Origin: Candidatus Nomurabacteria bacterium
Lineage (GTDB): Bacteria; Patescibacteriota; Minisyncoccia; Phycocordibacterales; UBA9973
Length of the DNA stretch: 33,158 bases
Reading direction: 5' to 3'
NCBI GenBank assembly: GCA_023267415.1
Contig: JAHFNM010000005.1
Span: 1-33,158, forward strand
Below, in pieces: positions 17,688 to 26,093 of the stretch. Made by a program: the position numbers and the translations under genes. Each line of letters starts with the position of its first letter. The first letter of the stretch is position 1. A model generated the notes under the pieces. The model saw nothing but the letters and a program-made list of their open reading frames with translations, made no database searches and was not told the origin of the DNA.

Positions 17688-18005
17688 ATGCAGATCGAAA
17701 AAGGATTTTATTACCACTACAAGCATGACCCCCAGAAGGGGATTTTTGATGCTGCGTACGAGATACTTGGATCTGCTTTTAATACTGAATCAGGCGGTGC
17801 TGTGCACAGTGATGATGCGACTCCATTTCTTGCAGATGAAATGATCGTATACAGACCGCTATTTGAAAGTTCCCTAGTTCGAACCTCGGGACGCGATTTT
17901 TGGATTCGGCCAATCGCCATGTTTACGTCCGACCGATTTATCAAAATTACCGATGCTGCAGTCATTGTTGAGCTTGCGAAGGCCAAGGATGCGATGTATA
18001 ACTAA
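17688..18005 (+). CDS. DUF1653-like protein
   Basis: FYYHYKHDP...Y.ILG.A.NTES...IVYRPLF....FWIRPIAMF resembles the DUF1653 signature (YRHYKG..Y..hsE..vVvYr.ly...W.RP..mF). Confidence 0.65.
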   Translation: MQIEKGFYYHYKHDPQKGIFDAAYEILGSAFNTESGGAVHSDDATPFLADEMIVYRPLFESSLVRTSGRDFWIRPIAMFTSDRFIKITDAAVIVELAKAKDAMYN

Positions 18006-18261
18006 ATTAAATCCATCGCACATAGGCGACAACCCAGCTGCCCTTTAATCAATATGATTTTAGCGACGCTAGGTGTGGAAAAGCGACATCCTGGGATAGC
18101 CAATTACCTGGGGGTTGGGCTGCGAGTAGAGCTTCCCCAACGATCCGCCCGAAGAGGCGGAAGTTAGTGCAGAGTGATCCGATTGCCTTATCGGGAAAAG
18201 TTCTTTTCAAAAGACAGTACTGTATCAACAAGAGTGTGATATGCACTCTATGACCAAATCC

Positions 18262-18420
18262 CCAAGTAGTGGCGAGCGAAATGGGAAAGACCAAACCGTC
18301 TCCGATATATAGGGATGCGGGGTTGTAGGATTGAGCGAACTGAAACATCTAATTAGCTCCTGTATTTTTTGCAGAAAATCCTGAGTAATGTGGAATCGGA
18401 GAAACTTCACATGAATCCAC
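18262..18420 (+). other. 23S rRNA-like fragment, domain I blocks in sense orientation but permuted order
   Basis: AATCCCCAAGTAGTGGCGAGCGAAATGGGA (18258-18287), GGGGTTGTAGGA (18319-18330), GAACTGAAACATCTAA (18337-18352) and GGAATCGGAGAAAC..ATGAATCCA (about 18391-18419). No rest of an rRNA operon is present. Confidence 0.6.
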
Positions 18421-18475
18421 CAGCACCAACTGGTAAGTCGAGTCAAACAGTGCCTGTTTAGAATTTTTCAAACTA

Positions 18476-18505
18476 GCGACCTTGTATTTACAAGGTCGCC
18501 TTTTT
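18476..18505 (+). terminator. Intrinsic terminator
   Basis: GCGACCTTG-TATTTA-CAAGGTCGC followed by CTTTTT. Confidence 0.85.
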
Positions 18506-18542
18506 ATTGACATCGCAAATTGCGTCTAGTAGTCTCAGTGTG

Positions 18543-18823
18543 AATCAAATGAACTCTACTATCTGGTAGTATGCCAACGTAAGTTGAATACAAGGTTCGA
18601 ACCCTTATGGAGGGGCGATGATAGGGGATTTAGCCGCAGGATAGATGGGAGACTATGAAGCGATTGCTCGGGCGGTCGTGGAGTCGATTACACTACGGTG
18701 TCATGCATATCTATGCATGTGAGATACCATTTCTTTATCCCCGAACGTTCTTTAAGGCATTAATGGTGCGAGAGAATTTCAAAGCCTTATTTGGTTCAAG
18801 CCTGCCCACCGGCAGGCTTTTTT
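18543..18823 (+). ncRNA. Candidate small RNA unit 1 (about 280 nt, unknown family)
   Basis: A weak promoter, TTGACA (18507-18512), 17-nt spacer, TAGTCT, precedes it. A strong terminator closes it: AGCCTGCC-CACC-GGCAGGCT plus T6 at 18799-18823. The only ORF (18655-18867) reads through that terminator. Confidence 0.35.
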
Positions 18824-18896
18824 ATTGGAAAAAATCCCGACCTCTGTGTCTTTTTCCAAACTTGTAAAGATTAAGGATATGGTGTATATATATCCT

Positions 18897-19001
18897 GAAC
18901 GCACTTTGGATACCCGGGGAGATTTCTCGCGCGCGGTGTTTCCTGGAGGGATTGGACTATACCTGAAGTAACTTCAGCCCGGCGATTGTCGGGCTTTTTT
19001 T
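18897..19001 (+). ncRNA. Candidate small RNA unit 2 (about 105 nt, unknown family)
   Basis: Promoter TTGTAA (18862-18867), 17-nt spacer, TATATA (18885-18890). Terminator AGCCCGGC-GATT-GTCGGGCT plus T7 at 18976-19001. There is no ORF. Confidence 0.4.
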
Positions 19002-19027
19002 ATTGCGAAATAAGGGTTTTTAGGTAC

Positions 19028-19056
19028 TTGACAAATAATTCTATATATGCTATTAT
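19028..19056 (+). promoter_or_regulatory. Sigma-70-type promoter (near consensus)
   Basis: TTGACA, 17-nt spacer, TATTAT. Confidence 0.6.
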
Positions 19057-19062
19057 ACCATT

Positions 19063-19310
19063 GAATTACCAAATCCGGACATATGACATCACACACTCCT
19101 TTTTTGAAGCGACGGTGGCGTGCCGTAGAGCACGCAAGTTCAACTCATCGTTACAGTGAGCAAAAAACAAATTAGGTGAAGTCGAAGAATATATTTCTTG
19201 ATAGCCACCAGTAACACTGGCCTAAGCTCGGGTCGCAATAAGCACATCGTACAGCAAAAAGAGCCCAAATAAAAAGTCAGTCCGATTTATCGTGCTGGCT
19301 TTTTCTTTTT
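19063..19310 (+). promoter_or_regulatory. Roughly 245-nt transcribed leader ending in an intrinsic terminator 28 nt before uvrB (attenuator or riboswitch-like, or a stand-alone sRNA)
   Basis: The hairpin GTCAGTCCG..CGTGCTGGC (19276-19299, with G-U pairs and one mismatch) is followed by TTTTTCTTTTT. No promoter fits between 19310 and ATG 19338. The leader contains a 30-codon ORF at 19083-19175. Confidence 0.45.
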
Positions 19311-19337
19311 ACTATTTTAGCGTAAAGTAGTAAGGTT

Positions 19338-21428
19338 ATGGCAAAAAGTGTATTCAAACTCATATCCGAATATAAGCCAGCCGGCGACCAGCCGAATGCG
19401 ATCAAAGGCCTCGTAGAAGGACTCGAGCAGGGTTTGCGAAAGCAAACCCTGCTCGGCGTGACGGGTTCGGGCAAGACGTTTACGATAGCCAATGTTATCG
19501 CCGAACACAACAAGCCGACTCTTGTCATCGCTCACAACAAGACGCTTGCCGCTCAGCTCGCCCAGGAATACCGCGAGTTCTTTCCGGATGCTGCGGTGCA
19601 TTATTTCGTCTCCTATTACGACTTCTATCAGCCTGAAGCGTATCTTCCCGTTTCCGACACATATATCGAAAAGGATGCTTCGATCAACGAGGAGATCGAC
19701 CGCCTGCGCCACGCATCGACCCAGGCGCTCCTTACCCGAAAAGACGTTATTATCGTGGCTTCGGTTTCCTGCATCTACGGTCTCGGATCGCCAGAGGAAT
19801 ACAAAGAGCAGAATGTGCAGATCTCTATCGGCGACAAGATTCCAAAGATCGAGCTGATGCGCAAACTCATTGGCAATCATTTCGAGCGCACCAATGCCGA
19901 TGTGGGCTCGGCCCAATTTCGTGCCGTAGGGAATCGCGTCGACGTCGTGCCTGTTTCCGAAACGTTTATGTATCAAATATTCTTTACCGGCGACACTATT
20001 TCCCGTATTGCCGCAGTGGATCCTGTTTCTTCAAGGATTATCGAGGAAGTACAGAATATCTTTCTCTTCCCGGCAAAGCACTTCATGACCAACACTGCTC
20101 AACAGGCACGTGCGATCAAATCCATTCAAGCTGAACTCAAGGCTCAGTTGGCAGTATTGGAAAAGGAGGGAAAGCTCCTCGAAGCTCAGCGCCTCAAGCG
20201 ACGCACAACATACGACCTGGCCATGATCAAAGAGATCGGCTACTGCAACGGTATCGAAAACTATTCCCGTCATCTCTCCGGCAAAAAGCCCGGTGAGGCG
20301 CCCGAAACATTGCTTTCGTATTTTCCGCACAAGGCCGATGGTACGCCGGATTTTTTGACCGTGATCGACGAGTCGCATGTTACCGTGCCGCAGCTTGGCG
20401 CCATGTATGCTGGCGATCAGTCACGCAAAAAGACCCTGATCGAATTCGGTTTCCGTTTGCCTTCGGCTTCCGACAACCGTCCGCTTAAATATCCCGAGTT
20501 TGAAGAACGAGTGGGTCAGGTTATATACACCACGGCCACACCCGCGGATTACGAACGCAAAGAAAGCCAGCGCATTGTCGAGCAGATCATTCGTCCTACA
20601 GGACTGATCGATCCAGAAATAATCTTGCGTCCTATTTTGGAATCAGGCGGCTACGGCGGTCAGATACAGGATTTTATAGCGGAAACAGAAAAGACCATTG
20701 CGCGTGGTTTCCGTGTCATCGCTACAACGCTCACCAAAAAAATGGCCGAAGATCTTTCGACGTATCTCAAAGAAAAAAAGATCAAAGCCGAATATTTGCA
20801 CAGCGACATCAAGACCATCGAACGCATTCAGATCCTGACCCAATTCCGCAAAGGGGAGTTTGATGTGATCGTAGGAGTCAACCTTCTTCGCGAAGGACTC
20901 GACTTGCCCGAGGTTGCTCTCATCGGCATTCTTGATGCCGACAAGGAAGGATTTCTCCGTAGCGAAACATCGCTTATTCAAACAATCGGCCGTGCCGCTC
21001 GCAACTCCGAGGGTAAGGTTATTTTGTATGCCGATAAGCTCACTGGCAGCATGGAGCGGGCAATAGGCGAGACCAATCGTCGTCGTGGCATTCAGCTCGC
21101 ATACAACAAAGCACACGGCATCACACCAAAGACGATTTTGAAAACGATCAAAGACATCACACAACAAATGGAGTCCAAGCATGCCAAGGCCGTCAACAGC
21201 GAGCTCGAACTGGATATAGAACTATTTAAAAAGGGCGTAAAAACTGGCAAGGGAAGCAAGAGTAAGCTCGCAAAGCTCTCCGACGAAGAACGCGATCTTG
21301 CCGTGTATGAAAAGATCATCAAGATCAAGGAAAAGGAAATGAACAGTGCTGTAAAAGAACTCGACTTCGAAACAGCCGCGATTCTGCGTGATGAGATCGT
21401 TGTGCTGCGAGAGCGAATGGAAAAATAG
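19338..21428 (+). CDS. uvrB: Excinuclease ABC subunit B
   Basis: Walker A GVTGSGKT, DESH box, helicase motifs, beta-hairpin region and the C-terminal UVR domain ELDFETAAILRDEIVVLRE. Confidence 0.97.
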   Translation: MAKSVFKLISEYKPAGDQPNAIKGLVEGLEQGLRKQTLLGVTGSGKTFTIANVIAEHNKPTLVIAHNKTLAAQLAQEYREFFPDAAVHYFVSYYDFYQPEAYLPVSDTYIEKDASINEEIDRLRHASTQALLTRKDVIIVASVSCIYGLGSPEEYKEQNVQISIGDKIPKIELMRKLIGNHFERTNADVGSAQFRAVGNRVDVVPVSETFMYQIFFTGDTISRIAAVDPVSSRIIEEVQNIFLFPAKHFMTNTAQQARAIKSIQAELKAQLAVLEKEGKLLEAQRLKRRTTYDLAMIKEIGYCNGIENYSRHLSGKKPGEAPETLLSYFPHKADGTPDFLTVIDESHVTVPQLGAMYAGDQSRKKTLIEFGFRLPSASDNRPLKYPEFEERVGQVIYTTATPADYERKESQRIVEQIIRPTGLIDPEIILRPILESGGYGGQIQDFIAETEKTIARGFRVIATTLTKKMAEDLSTYLKEKKIKAEYLHSDIKTIERIQILTQFRKGEFDVIVGVNLLREGLDLPEVALIGILDADKEGFLRSETSLIQTIGRAARNSEGKVILYADKLTGSMERAIGETNRRRGIQLAYNKAHGITPKTILKTIKDITQQMESKHAKAVNSELELDIELFKKGVKTGKGSKSKLAKLSDEERDLAVYEKIIKIKEKEMNSAVKELDFETAAILRDEIVVLRERMEK

Positions 21429-21431
21429 TGA

Positions 21432-21470
21432 TTACCCTCCTGCACCTACCGGGTAGGTGCAGGAGGGTAA
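21432..21470. repeat. 18-bp perfect hairpin of the CCCTCC/GGAGGG type
   Basis: TTACCCTCCTGCACCTAC-CGG-GTAGGTGCAGGAGGGTAA lies directly after the uvrB stop. There is no U-tract. Confidence 0.7.
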
Positions 21471-21477
21471 ATAAAAA

Positions 21478-21503
21478 CACCTCGATGGTTCGGGGTGTTT
21501 TTT
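21478..21503 (+). terminator. Intrinsic terminator
   Basis: CACCTCG-ATGGTT-CGGGGTG followed by TTTTTT. Confidence 0.8.
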
Positions 21504-21519
21504 AAAACAAGTTAGTTAC

Positions 21520-21927
21520 CTAATCGAGTCTGCGGTCAAAATAGCATTTTATCTCGTAGATTATCAGGTACAGCAGGAGGAAAATATTGGCAAACATAAG
21601 ATAGTTGCCGGTCCTGGCGATCCAATAGTCTTTGATGAGGTGATTTATCTTTAGAAATGCTCCGATGAGGATTAGCGCCGATGCTCCCATGTAAATGAGG
21701 ATCATTCCCACCATAAAAAAGTTTTTGTGATAGTAGCATTCTACTTTTCTAATGAATATGACCACGACAACTGGCACGAGCACCATTATGCATTCAACTA
21801 CGTAATACAAGCCTACGCTTAAGCTTTCTCTGATCTGGTGGGAATATTTTTCAATAACGATTCCGAGGATGAGCAGCAGGGCTGGAACAACAGCCTTATT
21901 TTTCAATGTAAACGTCCTACTTTTCAT
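21520..21927 (-). CDS. Hypothetical polytopic membrane protein (135 aa)
   Basis: Four hydrophobic helices. It is AT-rich and I recognise no family. Confidence 0.6.
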   Translation of the reverse strand: MKSRTFTLKNKAVVPALLLILGIVIEKYSHQIRESLSVGLYYVVECIMVLVPVVVVIFIRKVECYYHKNFFMVGMILIYMGASALILIGAFLKINHLIKDYWIARTGNYLMFANIFLLLYLIIYEIKCYFDRRLD

Positions 21928-22023
21928 AAGCTTGGATATTTGAAGGTGAAAGATGATTTTGGATTTTTTTGATTGTGCACCTGATCAATTATTTTGTCAA
22001 ATAAAATAGCCGGGTTTTCCCGG

Positions 22024-23232
22024 CTATTGTTTTTCAATAAATAGTTGTTCGTCAAGCATCGCTTGCATGCCTTGGTCGACATCTTTTTGGATGTCTTCCC
22101 ATTTCCTTTCTCGGGTTTCAATGGTTGCGCCGTAGATTATTTTCGTAGGAACGAAAACTATCCATGGGCGTTTCCATGACTTTGGCTGGAAGCGTTTTGG
22201 TAAAAAGAACAGTATCAGCTGGATCGGCACCCCTGTCTTTGAGGCAATCTTTGCAATTTCCGGCTTGCATGGCAATAGGAAATTGTCTGGACCAACAGAA
22301 CGTTTGCTTTCGTGAAAGATAAACAGACTGTAACCTTCATCGATCGCCCTCATCATTGAACGCACCATCCCGGTGTTCTTATTTTTACCAGTGATCGGGA
22401 TCACTTTGATCCCATTTCTTCTTAAGAATGCGGCGAAAGGCGGAAAGACAAATAATATTTTGTCTGCAAGGACTTTCCATTTTTCGCCCGTCTTCTTCCT
22501 CATTGACTTAGGGATTTTTGGAACATCAAAGAACGAAGCGTGGTTCGTCAAACAGAAAAGCTGCCCTTCCGCAATTTCCCCGACTACCTCAGTGCTCGAA
22601 CCTGAAAAGTACTCAAAGATTCCTGAAAGCGTGATTCGTGCGAGCGGATACCTTGTTTTTTCTGGAACGAACACCAATACTATTTCCAAAATTATCCAGG
22701 TTACGAGCGATGTTGCAGATATCATTATCCATACGATAATCGAGGGAATGATGTTGAGTGGCCCATATCCTGCAAACGCTCTCCAATACCTGCTTTTGAT
22801 AAACCAGTAAAAAATGATCACCGCGGTGATGATTTCTGGAACGATCAGGGGGATGGAAAATAATTGTACCAGCGTGACGCCAAGAACAAGTATCAATAGT
22901 CGTGTTGTGGTACCTTCTGGCGCGTCGATGTTTAGGTATCTCTTCAGGCAATGCCGTATGAAGCTTGCCCGATACGTCTCAGGATCCCAATAGGCGCGTT
23001 CCGGCTGGGACTTTTCCCAGATCGAATTCTCGAGCCAAGTCAGTGGGCACCATCCTTGTCCCAATGATTGGAACGCTGCAACGAAGAAAATCAGAATTAA
23101 TTGTTTCCATGCATTCTCTGGGTAAAAAATTATCCAAATCGTTCCGCTAAACATTATAGCGAGAATCAAAAGGTGGAACCCGAAAACGCTCCAAGCGAAT
23201 CGCTTGAGATTCTTTTTATTTAGTTTTTCCAT
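22024..23232 (-). CDS. Membrane protein fusion: DUF2784-like N-terminal domain plus PlsC/LPLAT-type acyltransferase domain
   Basis: GWCPLTWLENSIW resembles the DUF2784 CPLT..E motif. Acyltransferase blocks are NHASFFD (H-x4-D), IFHESKRS and GVPIQLI. Several TM helices lie in between. Confidence 0.7.
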   Translation of the reverse strand: MEKLNKKNLKRFAWSVFGFHLLILAIMFSGTIWIIFYPENAWKQLILIFFVAAFQSLGQGWCPLTWLENSIWEKSQPERAYWDPETYRASFIRHCLKRYLNIDAPEGTTTRLLILVLGVTLVQLFSIPLIVPEIITAVIIFYWFIKSRYWRAFAGYGPLNIIPSIIVWIMISATSLVTWIILEIVLVFVPEKTRYPLARITLSGIFEYFSGSSTEVVGEIAEGQLFCLTNHASFFDVPKIPKSMRKKTGEKWKVLADKILFVFPPFAAFLRRNGIKVIPITGKNKNTGMVRSMMRAIDEGYSLFIFHESKRSVGPDNFLLPCKPEIAKIASKTGVPIQLILFFLPKRFQPKSWKRPWIVFVPTKIIYGATIETRERKWEDIQKDVDQGMQAMLDEQLFIEKQ

Positions 23233-23291
23233 GTGGCTTGTTTATGAATGAGGAAAGTTTGTTTGTCAGAACTTTACTACAGAGATGATTT

Positions 23292-23320
23292 TTGTCAATG
23301 ATTGACCGATATGGTATACT
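23292..23320 (+). promoter_or_regulatory. Sigma-70-type promoter for uvrA
   Basis: TTGTCA, 17-nt spacer, TATACT. This would give a leader of about 155 nt that includes repeat copy C. Confidence 0.5.
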
Positions 23321-23392
23321 GGAGATATCTAAATAGAGATGCACACCCCCAAGGAGACTCGGCGGGTGCGATTCTGTTGTGAAGATGAGCAT

Positions 23393-23468
23393 TGTGTCAT
23401 CCCGGACTTAATCCGGGATCCACGAAGAATGTAATACATATGGATTCCGGCTCATAGGCCGGAATGAC
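23393..23468. repeat. Nested palindromic intergenic element, copy C (best preserved)
   Basis: TGTGTCATCCCGGA-CTTAA-TCCGGGATCCACGAAGA..ATGGATTCCGGC-TCATAG-GCCGGAATGAC. The outer GTCAT and ATGAC pair with each other, as do the inner ATCCA and TGGAT. Confidence 0.75.
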
Positions 23469-23483
23469 AACCTAAAAAAATAT

Positions 23484-26087
23484 ATGAAATCCGAAAAAGA
23501 CAATCAAAACTGGATACGCGTCAAAGGCGCCAAGACCCACAACCTCAAAAATGTGGATGTGGAGATGCCTCGCGACAAGATGGTTGCGATCACGGGTATG
23601 TCCGGATCGGGAAAATCGTCGCTCGCATTCGATACGATCTTTGCCGAGGGTCAGCGACGATATGTCGAATCGCTTTCTTCGTATGCACGACAATTCCTTC
23701 AGCAGATGCCAAAGCCCGATGTCGAAGAGATCACCGGACTCTCTCCGGCAATTTCGATCGACCAAAAATCTCGCTCCAACAATCCGCGTTCGACCGTGGC
23801 GACGATCACCGAAATCTACGACTATCTCCGCGTGCTCTACGCTCGCATCGGCCGACCATTTTCTCCCATCAGCGGGCTTGAAGTGAAGAAGCTTTCCAAT
23901 CAGGAAATTTCAGACTTCGTATTGAAAAAGGTGAAGGATGTTCTCAAAAATTCTAAAGGCAAAGAAAAGAAAGTTATGGGTGTCTCGTGGAACGATGCTC
24001 CGATCGAAATCTACGCGCCGATGGTTCGCGGACGAAAAGGCGAGTACTACCAATTGCTTTACGACATGCTTTCGAAAGGGTATGAAAAGGCACGCATTGA
24101 TGGCAAGGTGCACAATCTTCGCGACCGCATCGAGCTTTCAAAGACTGCCAAACATGAAATCGACATTATGATCGATAGTTTTGCCGTGCATGAATTTGCC
24201 GATCGTCCAGCCGACATGGAAATGCGACTTGCCGAAGCCATCGAACGAGCGATTCTTGAATCCGACGGACTCATTCGCATTGTCACGCCAGACGAAGACT
24301 CGCTGCTCTCCGCCAAGCTCATTTGTCCGGAAGACGGTTATGTATTTCCCGAGATTGAGCCGCGCTTGTTCTCGTTCAACTCGCCATACGGCGCATGTTC
24401 GGCTTGTAACGGACTTGGCACGAAGCATTTTTTTGGGGATGAGCCGTGCGACATGTGTCACGGCGCGCGATTGCGAGAAGAAGCGCTCAATGTATTTCTC
24501 GGCGGCAAGCACGGCGGAAAGAATGTGGTGGACTTTACCAAGATGACCGTGCGAGAGGCCGCAGACTTTTTGGCGACCATAAAACTGACGGCCAAGGAGC
24601 GCGAGATCGGCGCGGGAATTCTTAAAGAGATCGGCGACCGAGTGCAATTCATGCTCAATGTGGGTCTTGATTATCTCGGACTCGATCGCAGGGCAAATAC
24701 GCTTTCGGGAGGGGAGAGTCAGCGCATTCGGCTGGCATCACAGCTTGGCTCACGTCTCGTAGGTGCCATGTATGTGCTCGACGAGCCAACGATCGGTCTG
24801 CATCAACGGGACAACGACAAACTCATTGCCACGCTGCTTGAGTTGCGCGATTTGGGTAATACGATCATCGTCGTTGAGCACGATGAAGACACGATCTATG
24901 CTTCGGACTATATCGTAGACATCGGCCCGGCTGCCGGAGTGCATGGAGGTAATATCATCGTTTCCGATTGGCTCGACAAATTGCTCACCGCAAAGACCAA
25001 TCCGTCTGGCTCACGTACGCTCGCATATCTTCGCGAAGAGGCAAAGATCCCTGTTCCAGACAAGCGCCGTGACTCCGACAAAGGCATGCTGCAGATCGTC
25101 GGTGCGAAAGTGCATAACATCGACAATGTGAATATTGATATTCCTCTCGGCCGACTCGTGTGCATCACGGGAGTTTCCGGCGCGGGCAAGTCGTCATTTA
25201 TGGACGACGTTCTCGGCGCAAACCTCTCTGCTCAATTCGACAAAAAATACCGTACGAACAAGATTTATAACTGCGCAAAATTCCTCGGCCGCGAGTATCT
25301 CACTCGAGCCATTCTCATAGATCAATCGCCGATCGGGCGCACTCCGCGTTCGAACATTGCTACATATACGGGCGCGTGGAGCCATATTCGCGACATGTTT
25401 GCCGAGACCGAAGAGGCACGCCTCCGCGGATGGAAGGCAAACCGATTCTCATTCAACGTCAAAGGCGGACGCTGCGAAGCCTGTGAAGGTCGCGGTGTGA
25501 TCGCCGTCGAGATGCACTTCCTTCCGACAGTGTATGTGACTTGCGACGTGTGCGATGGCAAGCGTTTCGACAAGGAAACCCTCAAAGTAAAGTATAAAAA
25601 GAAGAGCGTATACGAAGTGCTTGAGATGACGGTGGAAGAAGCGAATGCCTTCTTCCGCGACATTCCCGCGATCAGCGATCGCCTCCAGACACTCGTAGAC
25701 GTGGGACTTTCATATATCAAAATCGGCCAGAACGCGACAACGCTCTCGGGTGGAGAAGCTCAGCGCGTGAAAATTGCCTCAGAACTCTATCGGCCATTCA
25801 TTCAAAAAGCGATGTATCTTCTCGATGAGCCGACTGTGGGACTGCATTACGACGATGTGGCAAATCTTGTGCACGTGCTCCAAAAGCTCGTCAATCACGG
25901 CAACACTGTGGTGGTCATCGAGCACAACCTCGATCTCATCAAATGCGCCGACTACCTCATCGACTTTGGTCCTGAAGGGGGAGATAAGGGCGGAAAAATT
26001 ATTGCCAAGGGAACTCCGGAAGAGGTTGCGAATAATGCGAAAAGCCACACAGGATATTATTTGAAAAAAGTGTTGAAGAGGAAATAG
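23484..26087 (+). CDS. uvrA: Excinuclease ABC subunit A (short form, 867 aa)
   Basis: Two ABC modules (GMSGSGKSS and GVSGAGKSS; signatures LSGGESQR and LSGGEAQR), the C-terminal zinc finger [14 protein letters not shown], and the AISIDQK..NPRSTV motif. Confidence 0.96.
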   Translation: MKSEKDNQNWIRVKGAKTHNLKNVDVEMPRDKMVAITGMSGSGKSSLAFDTIFAEGQRRYVESLSSYARQFLQQMPKPDVEEITGLSPAISIDQKSRSNNPRSTVATITEIYDYLRVLYARIGRPFSPISGLEVKKLSNQEISDFVLKKVKDVLKNSKGKEKKVMGVSWNDAPIEIYAPMVRGRKGEYYQLLYDMLSKGYEKARIDGKVHNLRDRIELSKTAKHEIDIMIDSFAVHEFADRPADMEMRLAEAIERAILESDGLIRIVTPDEDSLLSAKLICPEDGYVFPEIEPRLFSFNSPYGACSACNGLGTKHFFGDEPCDMCHGARLREEALNVFLGGKHGGKNVVDFTKMTVREAADFLATIKLTAKEREIGAGILKEIGDRVQFMLNVGLDYLGLDRRANTLSGGESQRIRLASQLGSRLVGAMYVLDEPTIGLHQRDNDKLIATLLELRDLGNTIIVVEHDEDTIYASDYIVDIGPAAGVHGGNIIVSDWLDKLLTAKTNPSGSRTLAYLREEAKIPVPDKRRDSDKGMLQIVGAKVHNIDNVNIDIPLGRLVCITGVSGAGKSSFMDDVLGANLSAQFDKKYRTNKIYNCAKFLGREYLTRAILIDQSPIGRTPRSNIATYTGAWSHIRDMFAETEEARLRGWKANRFSFNVKGGRCEACEGRGVIAVEMHFLPTVYVTCDVCDGKRFDKETLKVKYKKKSVYEVLEMTVEEANAFFRDIPAISDRLQTLVDVGLSYIKIGQNATTLSGGEAQRVKIASELYRPFIQKAMYLLDEPTVGLHYDDVANLVHVLQKLVNHGNTVVVIEHNLDLIKCADYLIDFGPEGGDKGGKIIAKGTPEEVANNAKSHTGYYLKKVLKRK

Positions 26088-26093
26088 GTAAAT

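Noticed and set aside
18585-18650. T-arm-like AAGG-TTCGAAC-CCTT followed by a short frame ending ...DLAAG-stop. I considered a tRNA or a permuted two-piece tmRNA.
   Set aside because: No complementary acceptor strand (CCTCCAT) lies on either side and no CCA is present. There is no G3:U70-type acceptor, and the peptide does not end like a degradation tag. The evidence is insufficient.
18655-18867. 70-aa track ORF in the ORF-free region.
   Set aside because: It reads straight through a canonical intrinsic terminator (18799-18823) and across the next promoter. It has no Shine-Dalgarno sequence and a low-complexity, Arg/Leu-rich product.
22470-22478. GGAAAGTCC on the minus strand, which matches the RNase P RNA CR-I-like string.
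   Set aside because: It lies inside the well-supported acyltransferase CDS. None of the other RNase P conserved regions are nearby, so this is a chance 9-mer.
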